Source of the DNA: Utricularia gibba
Lineage: Eukaryota > Plantae > Magnoliophyta
Reading direction: 5' to 3'
NCBI GenBank assembly: GCA_002189035.1
Contig: CM007992.1
Span: 1,178,001 to 1,242,000, forward strand
DNA length: 64,000 bases
Positions 45,800 through 57,314 of the stretch are shown here, in pieces; positions within the stretch are counted from its first letter, which is position 1; each line of letters starts with the position of its first letter. The translations under genes were made by a program, and so were the position numbers. The notes under the pieces are model-generated. The model made no database searches. It was given only the letters and a program-made list of their open reading frames with translations, and was not told the DNA's origin.

Positions 45800-47100
45800 A
45801 TGATGAGGGAGAAGGAAAAAGCTCCTTTTCATTCAACAAAAAGTACTGATGGATACAAGAGAATAAACAATAAGAGATATGCAACTTTCTTATAGAATAG
45901 TGCTCAACTTACCTCAAGAATAGAGACCTTGCTTGACTTGATATTTTGTCAAGAAAGATTCATGCCAATCTCATTCAACTAAAACTTTGATAAGTTTGAG
46001 TCTTGAAGCTATTTAGTGAATTACACATTCATGGTGAGAAACATCATGTCTTCTTATAACTCCCCTCCTTGTCTCTTTTTTCATCCTTATGGCACCATTC
46101 AACAGGGGAGCTGGTGTGTCACAAAGGGATTTGAGGATTCCTTTGGTTCCCTTTTAAGCCAAAGGTGCAGATTTATAATTTGAGAACACTTTGTGAGCTT
46201 GAAGTACTAATAATGTAAAGATGATTGATGATTTCTCATCTCAGTCAAGAATGAATTTGTTAGGCTTGTTAGTATAGCTGCAACTTCATGAATCATAACC
46301 TATGTAATTATGGGAACACTTACCAATTTATTGCATCTTGTGTTATGTATATTCAAGAGCTTTGATTTTTCTATTTACAAACTATAGAAATGAGTACATT
46401 ATGAATATTGATTGTTCCATTACAAACCAAGCATTGAGGAGGGAGCTATTTGTCATCATCCAACTAAGGTCCTTCTCAACACCCCCTTCTCAAGCATCAA
46501 TGGAGATATATCTCGATATATCAGAAAGGCCTAGCTTGACAATGAAGGAGAGAAATTTTTTGAATACTTATCCCTTTTGTAAAGATGCCACCAAGTTGAA
46601 AGGAGGAATTAACAAAAGGACAAGAGGGAAATCCTACTTTGCATTAATCACATAGTCCATGGCATTCAACTTCTATATTCTTCTTGGTGCTTTCATGAAA
46701 AAAAAAATTAGATACTATGTGTAAATTAGCCTGGTTATCACACCATACAGGTATGAATAAGATAAAAAAAAAATGACCATATCATTGTGAAAATAATTGA
46801 TCCATTGTAAATCCTCTGTAATCAAAAGAATGATATAGGCTACTGTTTGGCTTTATAGAAAATGAAAATGGTACACAAAAAAATATAGTAACCTGAAATA
46901 AATCTCCACATATCAATAAGGCTTCATCAAAAGTCAAGTCTTGAAAACTTGAATTCCTTTATCATGGATGGATATCATTTTGAGTATGTCATAATGTATC
47001 TTCTATCTATCCAAGTGTGCCACGGCATGGTTTAATGATTCATCAGATGCATTTGAGGTACTGTTAATGGAGATAACCCATACTTTGTATTCCTTTAATA
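45800..47100 (-). mobile_element. Highly decayed hAT transposase remnant (DUF659-type), boundaries approximate
   Basis: Minus-strand fragments fall in the expected order among stops and frameshifts: WIDRR (47013-46999; cf. WTDRR), KGIQVFKT (~46960-46937; cf. PKGTxFLKS), DDKxxPSM, SPVEW and RKLH (~45890). There is no intact ORF and no TIR was found. Confidence 0.45.
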
Positions 47101-48451
47101 ACTTGTAGATTCAAGTATTTTATAAAAATATTACTAATGATATCCAAGTTAGATGATGTTTTAGAGGTTAATTCATATCATAAGTTATGTATACTTTTAT
47201 TGAAAGCTATTAAACAAAAGTTATTATTTTGAATAAATAATAAATGGTTGGATTGATATGTCATCAATACATTTTACAAATCAATGGATTTATTTTTCAA
47301 AATCAAAGATGTTAAGACATTTTTAGAGCATCTTTATTAATATTCGAAAATGTTAATATGGTATTTCTGAAAATTGAGTTATTGAGTTACTTTGTTAAAT
47401 TTTCTTTACGTTTGTATTCATTTTCGAAAATCTTAATATTAAAATAAAAGATTTCAAACAACATTTATATTGCATTTATTAAGTTTCATTTATGTTTTAA
47501 AACCGTTTCTAGAAGTAAACGAGACTTAGTCATTTCAGTTTTATGAAAAAATGATAAATAAGTTTATATATTTTTAGAAAAATTTAAATCATTTTTAGAA
47601 ATGTCACATCAACATTCCAGTAAATAGTTAAACATGGTGTTACCGTAGAAACTCAAGATGGAATGGACTACCAAGAAGTGGGTTGTAGAAATGCGGTTTC
47701 TGGTGCAAGATCACAACCCTGTTGCATGAATTAAAATAATGTTGACTTTTATGAATGTGTTTAAATGTATGAAATGATTGAGGTTTTTTCATTCAATTTA
47801 AGACAATTCTTACGAGGATTTGTCCCTTTGATTCGATTCCATGAGTCTTGTCGACAACCCAGTTGGTGTGCATACAATGCAGATAGCGTTAGCATCTTAG
47901 GTGGCAATTCCTGCTCCTTGAAATCACCAAGAGTCAACTTTTGTGTTGATGTTGTTGACCCGGTAAAAGGGTGGGGCATCTGGGTTGGAGGGAATGTGTT
48001 CTCTTCGCCATCGTGGTTCAGGGCAGCTGTGCCTCCATTGATTGATTGCTCCCACCGGCCCCCGTTTCCTTTTCTTCCGTTCCTCTTTCTGTTCCCACCG
48101 TCAATTGGCCGATTCCTCAGTCTCCATCACTGGTTTTCTTTAATTTTCTCCTGTAGTTCCTTTGTGTTCTTCTCCCTCTTCTCGGTTTCCGTTTCCCAAC
48201 GTGCGGAGCTCTCCAGCCGCTTTTCCTAGTTCTGTTTGGTGCCTGCCTGCTGCGATTACTTTCTCCCCATGGGGTTCCACCACCTTTTTCATAACCCAAG
48301 ATTTTCCAGCTAATAGATACTTTATCAAACGTTCTGGGCTGCTCTAAAGGTGCTTTCTGGTTACCCTCACTGAAGTAGGGAGTACCAAGTTTTGGGAAGG
48401 TGATTGTCTAGATCCTGGTGGCTTTTCAGGGGTTAATGAGATTTGGTTGTC

Positions 48452-50905
48452 ATGGAACGAATTTGGTTTTTTCTCTGCATTCCGATTCTGCGGTTGCTTC
48501 TGCTGTGTTTAATAGAGTTGGAACCATGCTCTGGTAGTATTCAGAATTACGGGAGATTGAAGCCGGGATTCAAGGCATCTGAGATGCTGTATATAGACAA
48601 AGGAGGGATCTTTCTGTTATCAAACAGCTCTGCTTTTGGGTTTGGCTTTACACCTACTCCCGAGGATGTTACCCAGTTTCTATTGAGTGTGATTCATCAG
48701 AGTACCTCAACAGTGGTTTGGACTGCAAATAGAGGCTCTCCAGTTCTAAATTCAGATTTCCTTGTTTTTGATACCACTGGAAATGTCTACCTGCAGCAGT
48801 CTCTGTCTCCTACATGGACAACAAACACATCCAACATGGGAGTTTCATCCATGGAATTGCTAGATTCTGGAAACTTGGTCCTGGTTGGGAGTGATGGCAG
48901 AGTAATTTGGCAAAGTTTTGCCCATCCCACTGATACCCTTTTGTCGGAACAATCATTCTCAGAGGGAATGAGACTTGTTAGTGACGTTGGATCCAATAAC
49001 CTGAGCTATTCCCTTGAGATCAGATCAGGGAATATGATTCTATCCGCTGGTTTCCAGCCACCGCAGGCGTATTGGTCTATGGCAAGTGATCCCAGAATTG
49101 TCATCAATAAACAAGGCGGTTCAGTGATGTCTGCAAAGATTATTGCTAATTCCTGGAAATTCTTCGATTCCACCAACAGCTTGCTCTTCCAGTTTGTCTT
49201 TTCACCAGATACTAACACAACAGCTACATGGATTGCTGCTTTAAATGAGGATGGTTCGATTAGTTTCAATATGCTTGGAGGAAGTTCCCCCGGTCCTTCC
49301 ACCACAACTATACCTCAAAATGCATGTAGTAGGGTGGCTGCTTGCGATCCTGCCTCCCTTTGCAGCTCTCAATCCCAATGTCAATGTCCAGCAGCTCTCC
49401 CCTCATGCACCCATATGAGATTCCCTTCATGTCATGATCCGGCTGTCCAATTCAAGCTTGTAACTGCTGCTGATGGTGTTAGTTATTCACCCCTGGGATT
49501 CTCCGATCCAGTCAGCCATACTACTTTGGAGGCTTGCAAAACCTCTTGCTTGAATAACTGTTCTTGTGGTGCTATGTTCTTTCAAAATAGTTCAGGAAGT
49601 TGCTATCATTTCAATGAAATTGGAAGCATTGAGCAATCCAATGGCAGTGATTCCTATGCCTCCTTCATCAAGATACCTGATAATGGAAGAACTGGAGGCG
49701 GGCCCAAAGCTGCTAAAGGTTCCTTGGTTGTAATCATCATCATTGTCATCGTGACGATACTATTTGTGACTGCACTGCTTTTAGTGGGAATCCGTTTATA
49801 CAGGAATAGCAGCAGCACTAAAGAGCCTGATACAGCAAAGGAGAGCTCAGACGAGGATAGTTTCTTGGAAGGCATATCAGGGATGCCAATCCGCTTTACC
49901 TACAAAGACCTCGAGACTGCAACCAATAATTTTAACAAAAAACTGGGACAAGGAGGATTTGGCTCTGTTTATCACGGCACCCTCCCTGATGGAACACCTG
50001 TGGCTGTGAAGAAACTCGAAGGAATCGGTCAGGGGAAGAAAGAATTCAGAGCCGAGGTTGCCATAATCGGTAGCGTTCATCATTTTCATCTGGTGAGGCT
50101 CAGAGGCTTCTGTGCTGAGGGCAGTCATCGCCTCCTTGCCTATGAATACATGGCCAACGGTTCATTAGACAAATGGCTTTTCAAAAAGGGTGCCGGAGAC
50201 TTCATGCTTGACTGGGAGACAAGATACAATATTGCCCTTGGTACAGCAAAAGGGTTAGCATATCTCCATGAAGACTGTGAAGCAAAGATTGTTCACTGTG
50301 ATATAAAACCAGAAAATGTTCTTCTTGATGATAAATTCATGGCAAAAGTTTCAGATTTTGGACTTGCCAAGCTTATGACGAGGGAGCAGAGCCATGTTTT
50401 TACTACATTGAGAGGGACACGAGGGTACCTTGCACCTGAGTGGATCACAAACTACGCCATCTCAGAGAAGAGTGATGTCTACAGCTATGGGATGGTCCTG
50501 CTTGAGCTAATCGGCGGTAGAAAAAACTACGACCCTTCGGAGATTTCAGAAAGATCTCATTTTCCCTCATATGCATTCAAGATGATGGAAGAAGGGAAGA
50601 TGATGGAGATTCTTGACTGCAAACTGAAGGTAAATGAAGAAGATGAAAGGGTAGGCATAGCTATCAAAGTCGCTTTGTGGTGTATACAAGATGATATGTA
50701 CCTCCGGCCACCAATGACAAAAGTAGTGCAAATGCTAGAACGGCTGTGCCCCGTCCCTCCGCCGCCAGTCACCTCTCATCTGGCATCCCGCTTGTACTCC
50801 AGTTTTTTCAAGCTAAGCAGTGATGGGGGAACTTCTTCAGGTGGCCCATCAGATTGTAACAGTGATACATATGTTTCGGCAACACGACTTTCAGGTCCAA
50901 GATAA
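48452..50905 (+). CDS. SD2-5: G-type lectin S-domain receptor-like kinase, intronless CDS
   Basis: Signal peptide; B-lectin domain (VVWTANRGSP, MELLDSGNLVL, WQSFAHPTDTLL); EGF/PAN cysteines; TM helix; kinase motifs LGQGGFGSVY, VAVKKLEG, HCDIKPENVLL, DFGLAKL and GTRGYLAPEW; ends SATRLSGPR. Confidence 0.95.
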   Translation: MERIWFFLCIPILRLLLLCLIELEPCSGSIQNYGRLKPGFKASEMLYIDKGGIFLLSNSSAFGFGFTPTPEDVTQFLLSVIHQSTSTVVWTANRGSPVLNSDFLVFDTTGNVYLQQSLSPTWTTNTSNMGVSSMELLDSGNLVLVGSDGRVIWQSFAHPTDTLLSEQSFSEGMRLVSDVGSNNLSYSLEIRSGNMILSAGFQPPQAYWSMASDPRIVINKQGGSVMSAKIIANSWKFFDSTNSLLFQFVFSPDTNTTATWIAALNEDGSISFNMLGGSSPGPSTTTIPQNACSRVAACDPASLCSSQSQCQCPAALPSCTHMRFPSCHDPAVQFKLVTAADGVSYSPLGFSDPVSHTTLEACKTSCLNNCSCGAMFFQNSSGSCYHFNEIGSIEQSNGSDSYASFIKIPDNGRTGGGPKAAKGSLVVIIIIVIVTILFVTALLLVGIRLYRNSSSTKEPDTAKESSDEDSFLEGISGMPIRFTYKDLETATNNFNKKLGQGGFGSVYHGTLPDGTPVAVKKLEGIGQGKKEFRAEVAIIGSVHHFHLVRLRGFCAEGSHRLLAYEYMANGSLDKWLFKKGAGDFMLDWETRYNIALGTAKGLAYLHEDCEAKIVHCDIKPENVLLDDKFMAKVSDFGLAKLMTREQSHVFTTLRGTRGYLAPEWITNYAISEKSDVYSYGMVLLELIGGRKNYDPSEISERSHFPSYAFKMMEEGKMMEILDCKLKVNEEDERVGIAIKVALWCIQDDMYLRPPMTKVVQMLERLCPVPPPPVTSHLASRLYSSFFKLSSDGGTSSGGPSDCNSDTYVSATRLSGPR

Positions 50906-51291
50906 GGAAACGGTTCACCAGGATGAGGCTAGCTGTTTGTGAGGTCTTTTGCTTTAGGTTTTGGATGATTCTTCCCGCATTTCAGCGATGTCGGAGCTTC
51001 AGTTCTTGCTGTAAATGACTCGGTGTTAATGGTTGATGTTATCATGTTTTTTTTTGCTCTTGGATGAGGGAGGCGAGCAGACACAGCTGACGCTCTGCAC
51101 CTCCAATAGTATATCGCAACCTGAAATCATAACATGAACATACAAACAACATGACCTTTGGAGACCTTGTGTTCCTGTGGAACTGAATGACACACAGGGA
51201 GCTCCATAGTGCACAAGAAGAAGTACCAACAATACCAACAAATTCTCCAGTAGAGAAGTAGAAGTTTCAAACATATGGAGAAACCACCCGA

Positions 51292-52382
51292 TCAGCCAAT
51301 TGGGTGCAACAGGGAGAGACCGCAGATGAGAACAACTGCGTATACAAACAAGTCCATTAACAACGCCCCAACAACATTCCATATCAGCATAAGTATCCCC
51401 AAATGTTTCCCTAGCAGATCAACTGTGGAAGTAGTTCCCGGTCCTGCTCTTGGTAACTTCAAGCCTTTTGCGCTCAATACGAATTTCGCCATAAAAATGG
51501 AGATATTAGTAGCCAACAAAGCATAAACTGGTGGCAAACCAAAGATGCTTCCTTGGGAAAAACAAGCAGGAACGGGCATTTGCATTTGTGACAGGATTAT
51601 TAATGTTGCCACTGAGAGAGAACACCATAGCCGGGTATTCTCGGAAGCTGTGATTGCGGAATATATGTCACTGGTTGGCTGGTGACTAGCATGATGTTGC
51701 TGCAGAGAAGATTGTGTGGATAATGAGATCCCCAATGGCTCGTTCTCGGAAACTTGTGAATTTGAGGCCCTATTCTCAGAAGCGGCAGTTGAAGAACATA
51801 TTTTTTCAGTTTTGGGAGAGGTTTTACGCCCGCTTTCTTCGAAGTGGAACAGCTGCTCAGATGAATCCGTGGATAATTGGATTTCCGGAAGTTCTTTCTC
51901 AGGGCAAGCTAACTCTGGTGCTCCAATCGCAGCGTTACTGCCCCTGGACAGAGTCTCATGAACAACATGGTTCTTGGCAGATTCATGACTGCAAATTACC
52001 CTATCAATCAAATCTTCACGTGGAGAGAAATCTGCAATGTTGAGTCCAAATGTCCGACATGAATATGAATTCAATAAGCCAAAACACATCCAGCCTACCC
52101 TACTAGAACTGCGAGTTACAATCCAGCCTACCTTAAACACAACGAAGTGCTCTAAGTAATTGGAGAAGTTGAAAAGAGTGCACGAAGAAAAAGTTCACGC
52201 GGATAAAGAATACAGCAGAGAACATTACCACCAGCAGGAGGATCAGACGAGGAGTTCGAGGGCAGCGACTTGATGTGGCCAGTGATGAACGCCAACCGCT
52301 CGGCACCTCGATCTGCGATACGGCGCCGACGAGCCTCTCTGCTGCCGCGGTTTTCGCTTCCGGCTGCCACAGCTTCCGCCAT
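51292..52382 (-). CDS. GET2: GET2/CAML-like ER receptor for tail-anchored protein insertion (plant G1IP-like), 2 exons
   Basis: N-terminal basic motif SREARRRRIADRGAERLAFITG, a long disordered linker and three C-terminal hydrophobic helices ending ALLMDLFVYAVVLICGLS. The intron is ~52229-52032. Confidence 0.75.
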
Positions 52383-52473
52383 AGTCAACGGAAATCTGCC
52401 GGTTGCTTATCGCCGGAGGGATACGAAACGTGGAGGATGTGCATAAAGGCCCGTAGTTCGGCTTCTTCATTGA

Positions 52474-52511
52474 AGCCCACGTCTCCAGGCCCGATTAAAT
52501 TGATCAGCCCA
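52474..52511 (-). promoter_or_regulatory. Site II elements in the GET2-like promoter
   Basis: AGCCCA at 52474-52479 and 52506-52511, plus nearby GGCCC. Confidence 0.5.
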
Positions 52512-52622
52512 TATCCATCGGTCCACTAACCAACAATCAATTATACCCAAGTTTGAACCGGACAGTGAACCGGCACGTCGGGCCCGGTAAACTCAATCGG
52601 GTTTACACTCCACTCCCCACAG

Positions 52623-53625
52623 TAGAGGTGGGTTCGAAAGCCGTACGGTTTCGGTTTGGAACCGGTTCCAACGAACCGTCGATTTCAAAACCCTGATTCA
52701 TTGTAGACAACTGTTTTGGTTTCGCTTCGGAATCGTACAGACGAAACCTTGAACCGAATCGAAACCAGAATCGTACGGACGGTTTCAGTTCGAAACCGCA
52801 ACCGAGATTCACGAACCGAACCATAACCGAAATCGATTGATTACTGTTTGTAAGTGTTTTCCGGCACCCATATGAATCATTGTGTGTATCTGTCATTGAA
52901 ATTTGTAATAATTATTAATTTTTTTATAATTAAATATTATAAAACAATATATTTAAAAATATTAATTTTTATATTTAATTAGATATATTATGTAATATAT
53001 TATATTAATTTATAAAAAACTATAACTTAAATTACTTGATAAACTATCTTAATAAAGTATAATTAAAATCAATATAATTTGTGACTTAAATAAATGAAAT
53101 AAATTATTAAAATAATAAAATTATCAGTAATTGAAAACATATACAATAAATTACATTTTTTCAGACATCCACATTGGCTTGTGAGTGTCCAAAAAGAATA
53201 TTTGAAAGACAAAGACCATTCACTGGCCATCCTCATTTGCTCATGCCTCATGTAAGAGTGTTATGAGGGTGCCTGAGATCATTTTCCAGGCACTCACATT
53301 TACCGTTAGTGTGTCTAGGAAAAGGTGTTTTAGAAGATTTTTAAATCACCCACTTCCGTCATATAGGTATCTGAAAAAAATGTCTGAAATATATATATAT
53401 TTTTAATTTTTTCTAATTTTTTAATGTTTTTTTTAAATTTTTTTCGATTCCGGACCGATGGTTTCAGTTCGAAACCATGAACATTACAATTCACACACGG
53501 GTCGAAACCGTCGGTTCCATGGTTCCAAATTTGCCGAACCGAAACCGTACAGACATCCATCTCCTAGAACCGAAGCGGAACCGGAACCAACGGTTTCGGT
53601 TCGGTTCAAACCGAACCCACCTCTA
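52623..53625. mobile_element. Non-autonomous hAT element (1003 bp)
   Basis: Perfect 14-bp TIRs TAGAGGTGGGTTCG / CGAACCCACCTCTA. The 8-bp TSD reads CCCCACAG / CCCCACGG (7/8). Dense subterminal AACCG/CGGTT repeats occur at both ends and the core is AT-rich with no transposase ORF. Confidence 0.92.
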
Positions 53626-53659
53626 CCCCACGGTTTGTTGGCTTTGTAAATCCAAATAA

Positions 53660-53758
53660 AGTCTTGTTTGGTTGATGTGTTTTAGGATTAGTGAGTTTAG
53701 ATTATTTAGATTTAGCTAAACCCAAATATGTGGATATAAAAATAATCATACTTTCCTT

Positions 53759-53795
<37 letters not shown>

Positions 53796-53920
53796 ATTAT
53801 TATATAAATATAATGACTATTACACATGTATATAAAATATAATTATATACATATATCAAACAATACAATTTATATAAACTTATCATAAATTAACCGAATA
53901 CGCTCATATCAAACAAGGCC
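53660..53920. mobile_element. Tourist/PIF-Harbinger-like MITE containing an (AT)n tract
   Basis: The ends AGTCTTGTTTGGT and ATCAAACAAGGCC match as inverted repeats at 10/13. Flanks are TAA and TCA, and (AT)n spans ~53761-53791. Confidence 0.6.
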
Positions 53921-54160
53921 TCAATGTGTTGTGAGGATGCAACAGAGAGATCGAGAAAAAAAAATTAAAATTTGATAATAAAAATTAAATTTACCATAAT
54001 CAAAAACAATAATAATTGATTTCATTTGATTTGGAACACAACAGAAATAGTTACACATATTTTTTAAATAGTCAGAAAATATGGTAATTTTTTGGGAAAA
54101 AAAACAATATAGATAATTTTCTCATTCCTTCATTGCTCCTCTTGGGTCAAGTGTGGCCTC

Positions 54161-54241
54161 AAGGCACCCCAAGGTCTATGGATTTAGCTACAGAAAACTC
54201 ACATGTTTGCAGGGAGGCTAAATCCATAGATATTGTGCCTT
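54161..54241 (+). ncRNA. miRNA-precursor-like hairpin (unassigned)
   Basis: Perfect 14-bp core TCTATGGATTTAGC / GCTAAATCCATAGA extends to a ~22-bp duplex with 2 mismatches, plus an outer AAGGCAC/GTGCCTT stem. Confidence 0.35.
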
Positions 54242-55182
54242 TCTCCACTTCTTCTGTTCATCAAACCTTCCCTGTTACATTGCATCAGAATTTCACGTTT
54301 TCATAGCTGGATATGCTGCCAAGATTGTGCATCCACAGTCTCCTGGATTCCCTGGTGAATAAGCACTGTACAACTTCTTTTAGTAACTGTTCCATAGATC
54401 AAAGTTTGGACAATCTTTAGAAAAAGACATTCAAAAGCCAGCCACATCTTGTCGAAATCACAAAAGGATAGTTCATTCGAAAGCTGACATATAGATCTTT
54501 AATTTGAATCAGGAATCATGAATAAAATAGTGCTCAAGTAAGTCCTGGTAGAAGAATGCTTGAAGATGAAGAACTTTATCCGCAGTTTAAAATGTAGACA
54601 GAAAATGCCTCAGCAATTGTTGCATAATTTTTAATACAAAACTCCTTTTCATGTGGTTCCAGGTTTGTATGAAAAATAAGGATATCAGTCGCTGTAAATG
54701 AATACGTTCACAAACGCACACAGAGGTGCATAATAAGGGAATAAGGGAGAAGTACATAAGAAAGCAATGATAGAAAAGCACATGAAACTCACAGCTGAAC
54801 GTCCAGAGCACAAGATCAGGTTAATCACTTTATGCAAAACCTTACTCAACAGGTCGAACATTGAGAAGTTGCTGCGATTCTTCCAACTTGACTCCTCCTC
54901 GTTCACCTCTATCTTAGTTTTCCATGCTGCCTTCTTCCATGTTTCTTCCTTCCACACCCATATAAATTCCATGTTGCACACATACCCTTAGAAAAGTGTG
55001 GAAAACGAGGAAAATTTTGAAAACTTGAATAATAAAAGGAGGACACAGATGAATTAATCCTTTCCAAAAATATCCACCCAAGTTCAAACCATGAACTCAG
55101 CCATACATAGATTGCCTGAAGAACTACATTACATCATTTTGAAATATAATCCATTTTGGGTTCCAGGGCTCCGCTGCTGGTA

Positions 55183-56275
55183 CTAGCCAAGATGGGGTTT
55201 GTCCAGCCACTTTGCCCGAAAGCCAGTGCCTTTACACTCGGAGCAGCAAACAGAACCCTAAACAGGGAAAACCGTGCACATCTAAATCAAGCATCAACAA
55301 TGAGACTATCGATTTGGCGACATCAACTTGTAACCAATTAAAACAAGTAAACAGAGCATAGCTTATGTGAGAGTCATTTCAATGAGATCTGCTCTCGTAT
55401 TTACTGAAAAACGTGTGGATTCTTCCTAACTGAATGAATTATATCAAAAACTCTAATTCATAGAGGGCTTCCTCTTATGCTAAGCCTTGACAGGCACAAG
55501 AATAAGCTTAAAAGAAGGATTACCTTGCCTGCACAGATAACACATGTGGTGTTCCTAGAAGGGACTTCGCACAGCATGTTATCCCCAATAACAAAGAAGC
55601 CAGTTCCACAACACCATTTGCATTCTACCGCACCCTTCTCACCACAAGATGAACAAGCAACAGGTCTTGGTTGCTGGAATTTATGACGAAGAAAGCTTAG
55701 GTGCAATTGCACAGAATGCCTAACATCTCCAATATGCATAAACATGAAAAGAACAAGAGAAATGTTCGTTGTGCTATTACTCACTTTGTATCTTTTTCTT
55801 CCTTTTCTGTTTCTCATTATATTGTTTTTGTGATTACGAATCCACTATAGCATCAAATAAGCCACAGCCGTGGAATCTATATTTCCGGACTAGAAGATTA
55901 GGATTTGAAGGCCATATATTCTATGCCAAAGAAGCACATGATTGGCACGAAACATCACATAGATGAAGCTTAGTCTATGCGAAACAAAAGAACTGCAAAA
56001 ATATCTACTTTTCGTCCCCACTATACAAAACAATCAGAAGAACATTCGAAAAACTCCCTAAACCGACGCGTGGGAAAAAGAATTCAAACTGCAAAAATAA
56101 ATGAGGACTTAAATAAAGGAATACAAAAGACCTGAGAAATCAACCAAGCCTGTTCCATTCGATGAACGAAATCAGAACTCCCGTAAGACTCCACAGTTGC
56201 TGCTTGCATGGGAACTCTTTTCGGCTTAATTGAAGTAGCGTGTTTAGGGGAAGCGAAAAACCTGGGCAGATACAT
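55183..56275 (-). CDS. Plastid DnaJ/Hsp40 cysteine-rich (zinc-finger) domain protein, 3 coding exons
   Basis: Transit-like N-terminus, then SSDFVHRMEQAWLISQ|QPRPVACSSCGEKGAVECKWCCGTGFFVIGDNMLCEVPSRNTTCVICAGK|GSVCCSECKGTGFRAKWL, giving four CxxCxGxG-type motifs and no J domain. Confidence 0.9.
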
Positions 56276-57314
56276 ATTCGTAGGCCGGCTACAGAAACAA
56301 TAATCAATCACCATGACCGTAATCTATCACAGTTCCTTCCAACTGACAAACTAGAAGGCAGCAAACATGAAGAGTTAGCAGAAACGGAATTCGCGCTGAT
56401 TGAGAAAGCTTTCGTTTGTGGAGCCAGTCGAAATCCGGCCGGTCGTAAACTCGAAGAAGCTACCAGCTGCCCGCGGTGAGGAAATGGCGTGTCGCAACTC
56501 GCTTCACATGGAATCTTGCCGCTAGAAATTAGGGATTGATTAAGAAATTGATTTTATCATTTAAAAAAACAATAAAAATGTATAATATCAATTATATATT
56601 AAATATAAATACACTTCTAATTTTTTATAAAACATTTCTTCCAAAAGAAATAATGTAAAACCATGAGTAATAAGTGTATGAAGTAGATAATATCATATTA
56701 GAATAATGTGAATCATGAAATTTGATATTAGAACTAAACCCTCATTGTACTAATAGTGGGACAAGCGATACTTTGTATCTTAATACACAATTTCACATTA
56801 ATTATAGGTGAGAGAATATATTTTTAAATAGGGATACTTTATTCTTAATGAAATTTTTTCCTCAAAAGGTAAAAAACGTAAAATTATAAAAATCCATTGC
56901 CCATAATGAATAATTTCATTTAAGAAAAACGTGAATTCTGATATTAAATATATCTCATATATATCAAATAATGATAATTAATTATATTAATGAGGACTAA
57001 GCATACTACTTGAATCAAATAGCGGGAACTAAACGTGCAATTTTGACAAATTGTACGGACTTTAGGCATCCATGTGTCGTTATTAAATATTAACCACGGG
57101 ATTAAGCTTTCTCTAATTGGGTGCTTTGGAATATTCGCAAGAATTCTGGGGTAGCCTTTTGAAAAAAGAAGAATAAGTTGGGTTGCTCTGGAAATGTATA
57201 CTTCCTAATGGGTCAGATTGTAATTTAACTAATTAATCCCTCTTTGTCCCGTTGAGTTTTCACCCTAGAGACGAGAGGAGATCGCAGGTTTTCCATTGAA
57301 GGAAAAGGAGAAAT

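Noticed and set aside
52546-53625. AACCG-rich repeats as a CRISPR-like or other spacer array
   Set aside because: The repeats are irregular 5-8-mers clustered at both ends of a TIR/TSD-bounded element, which identifies them as hAT subterminal motifs.
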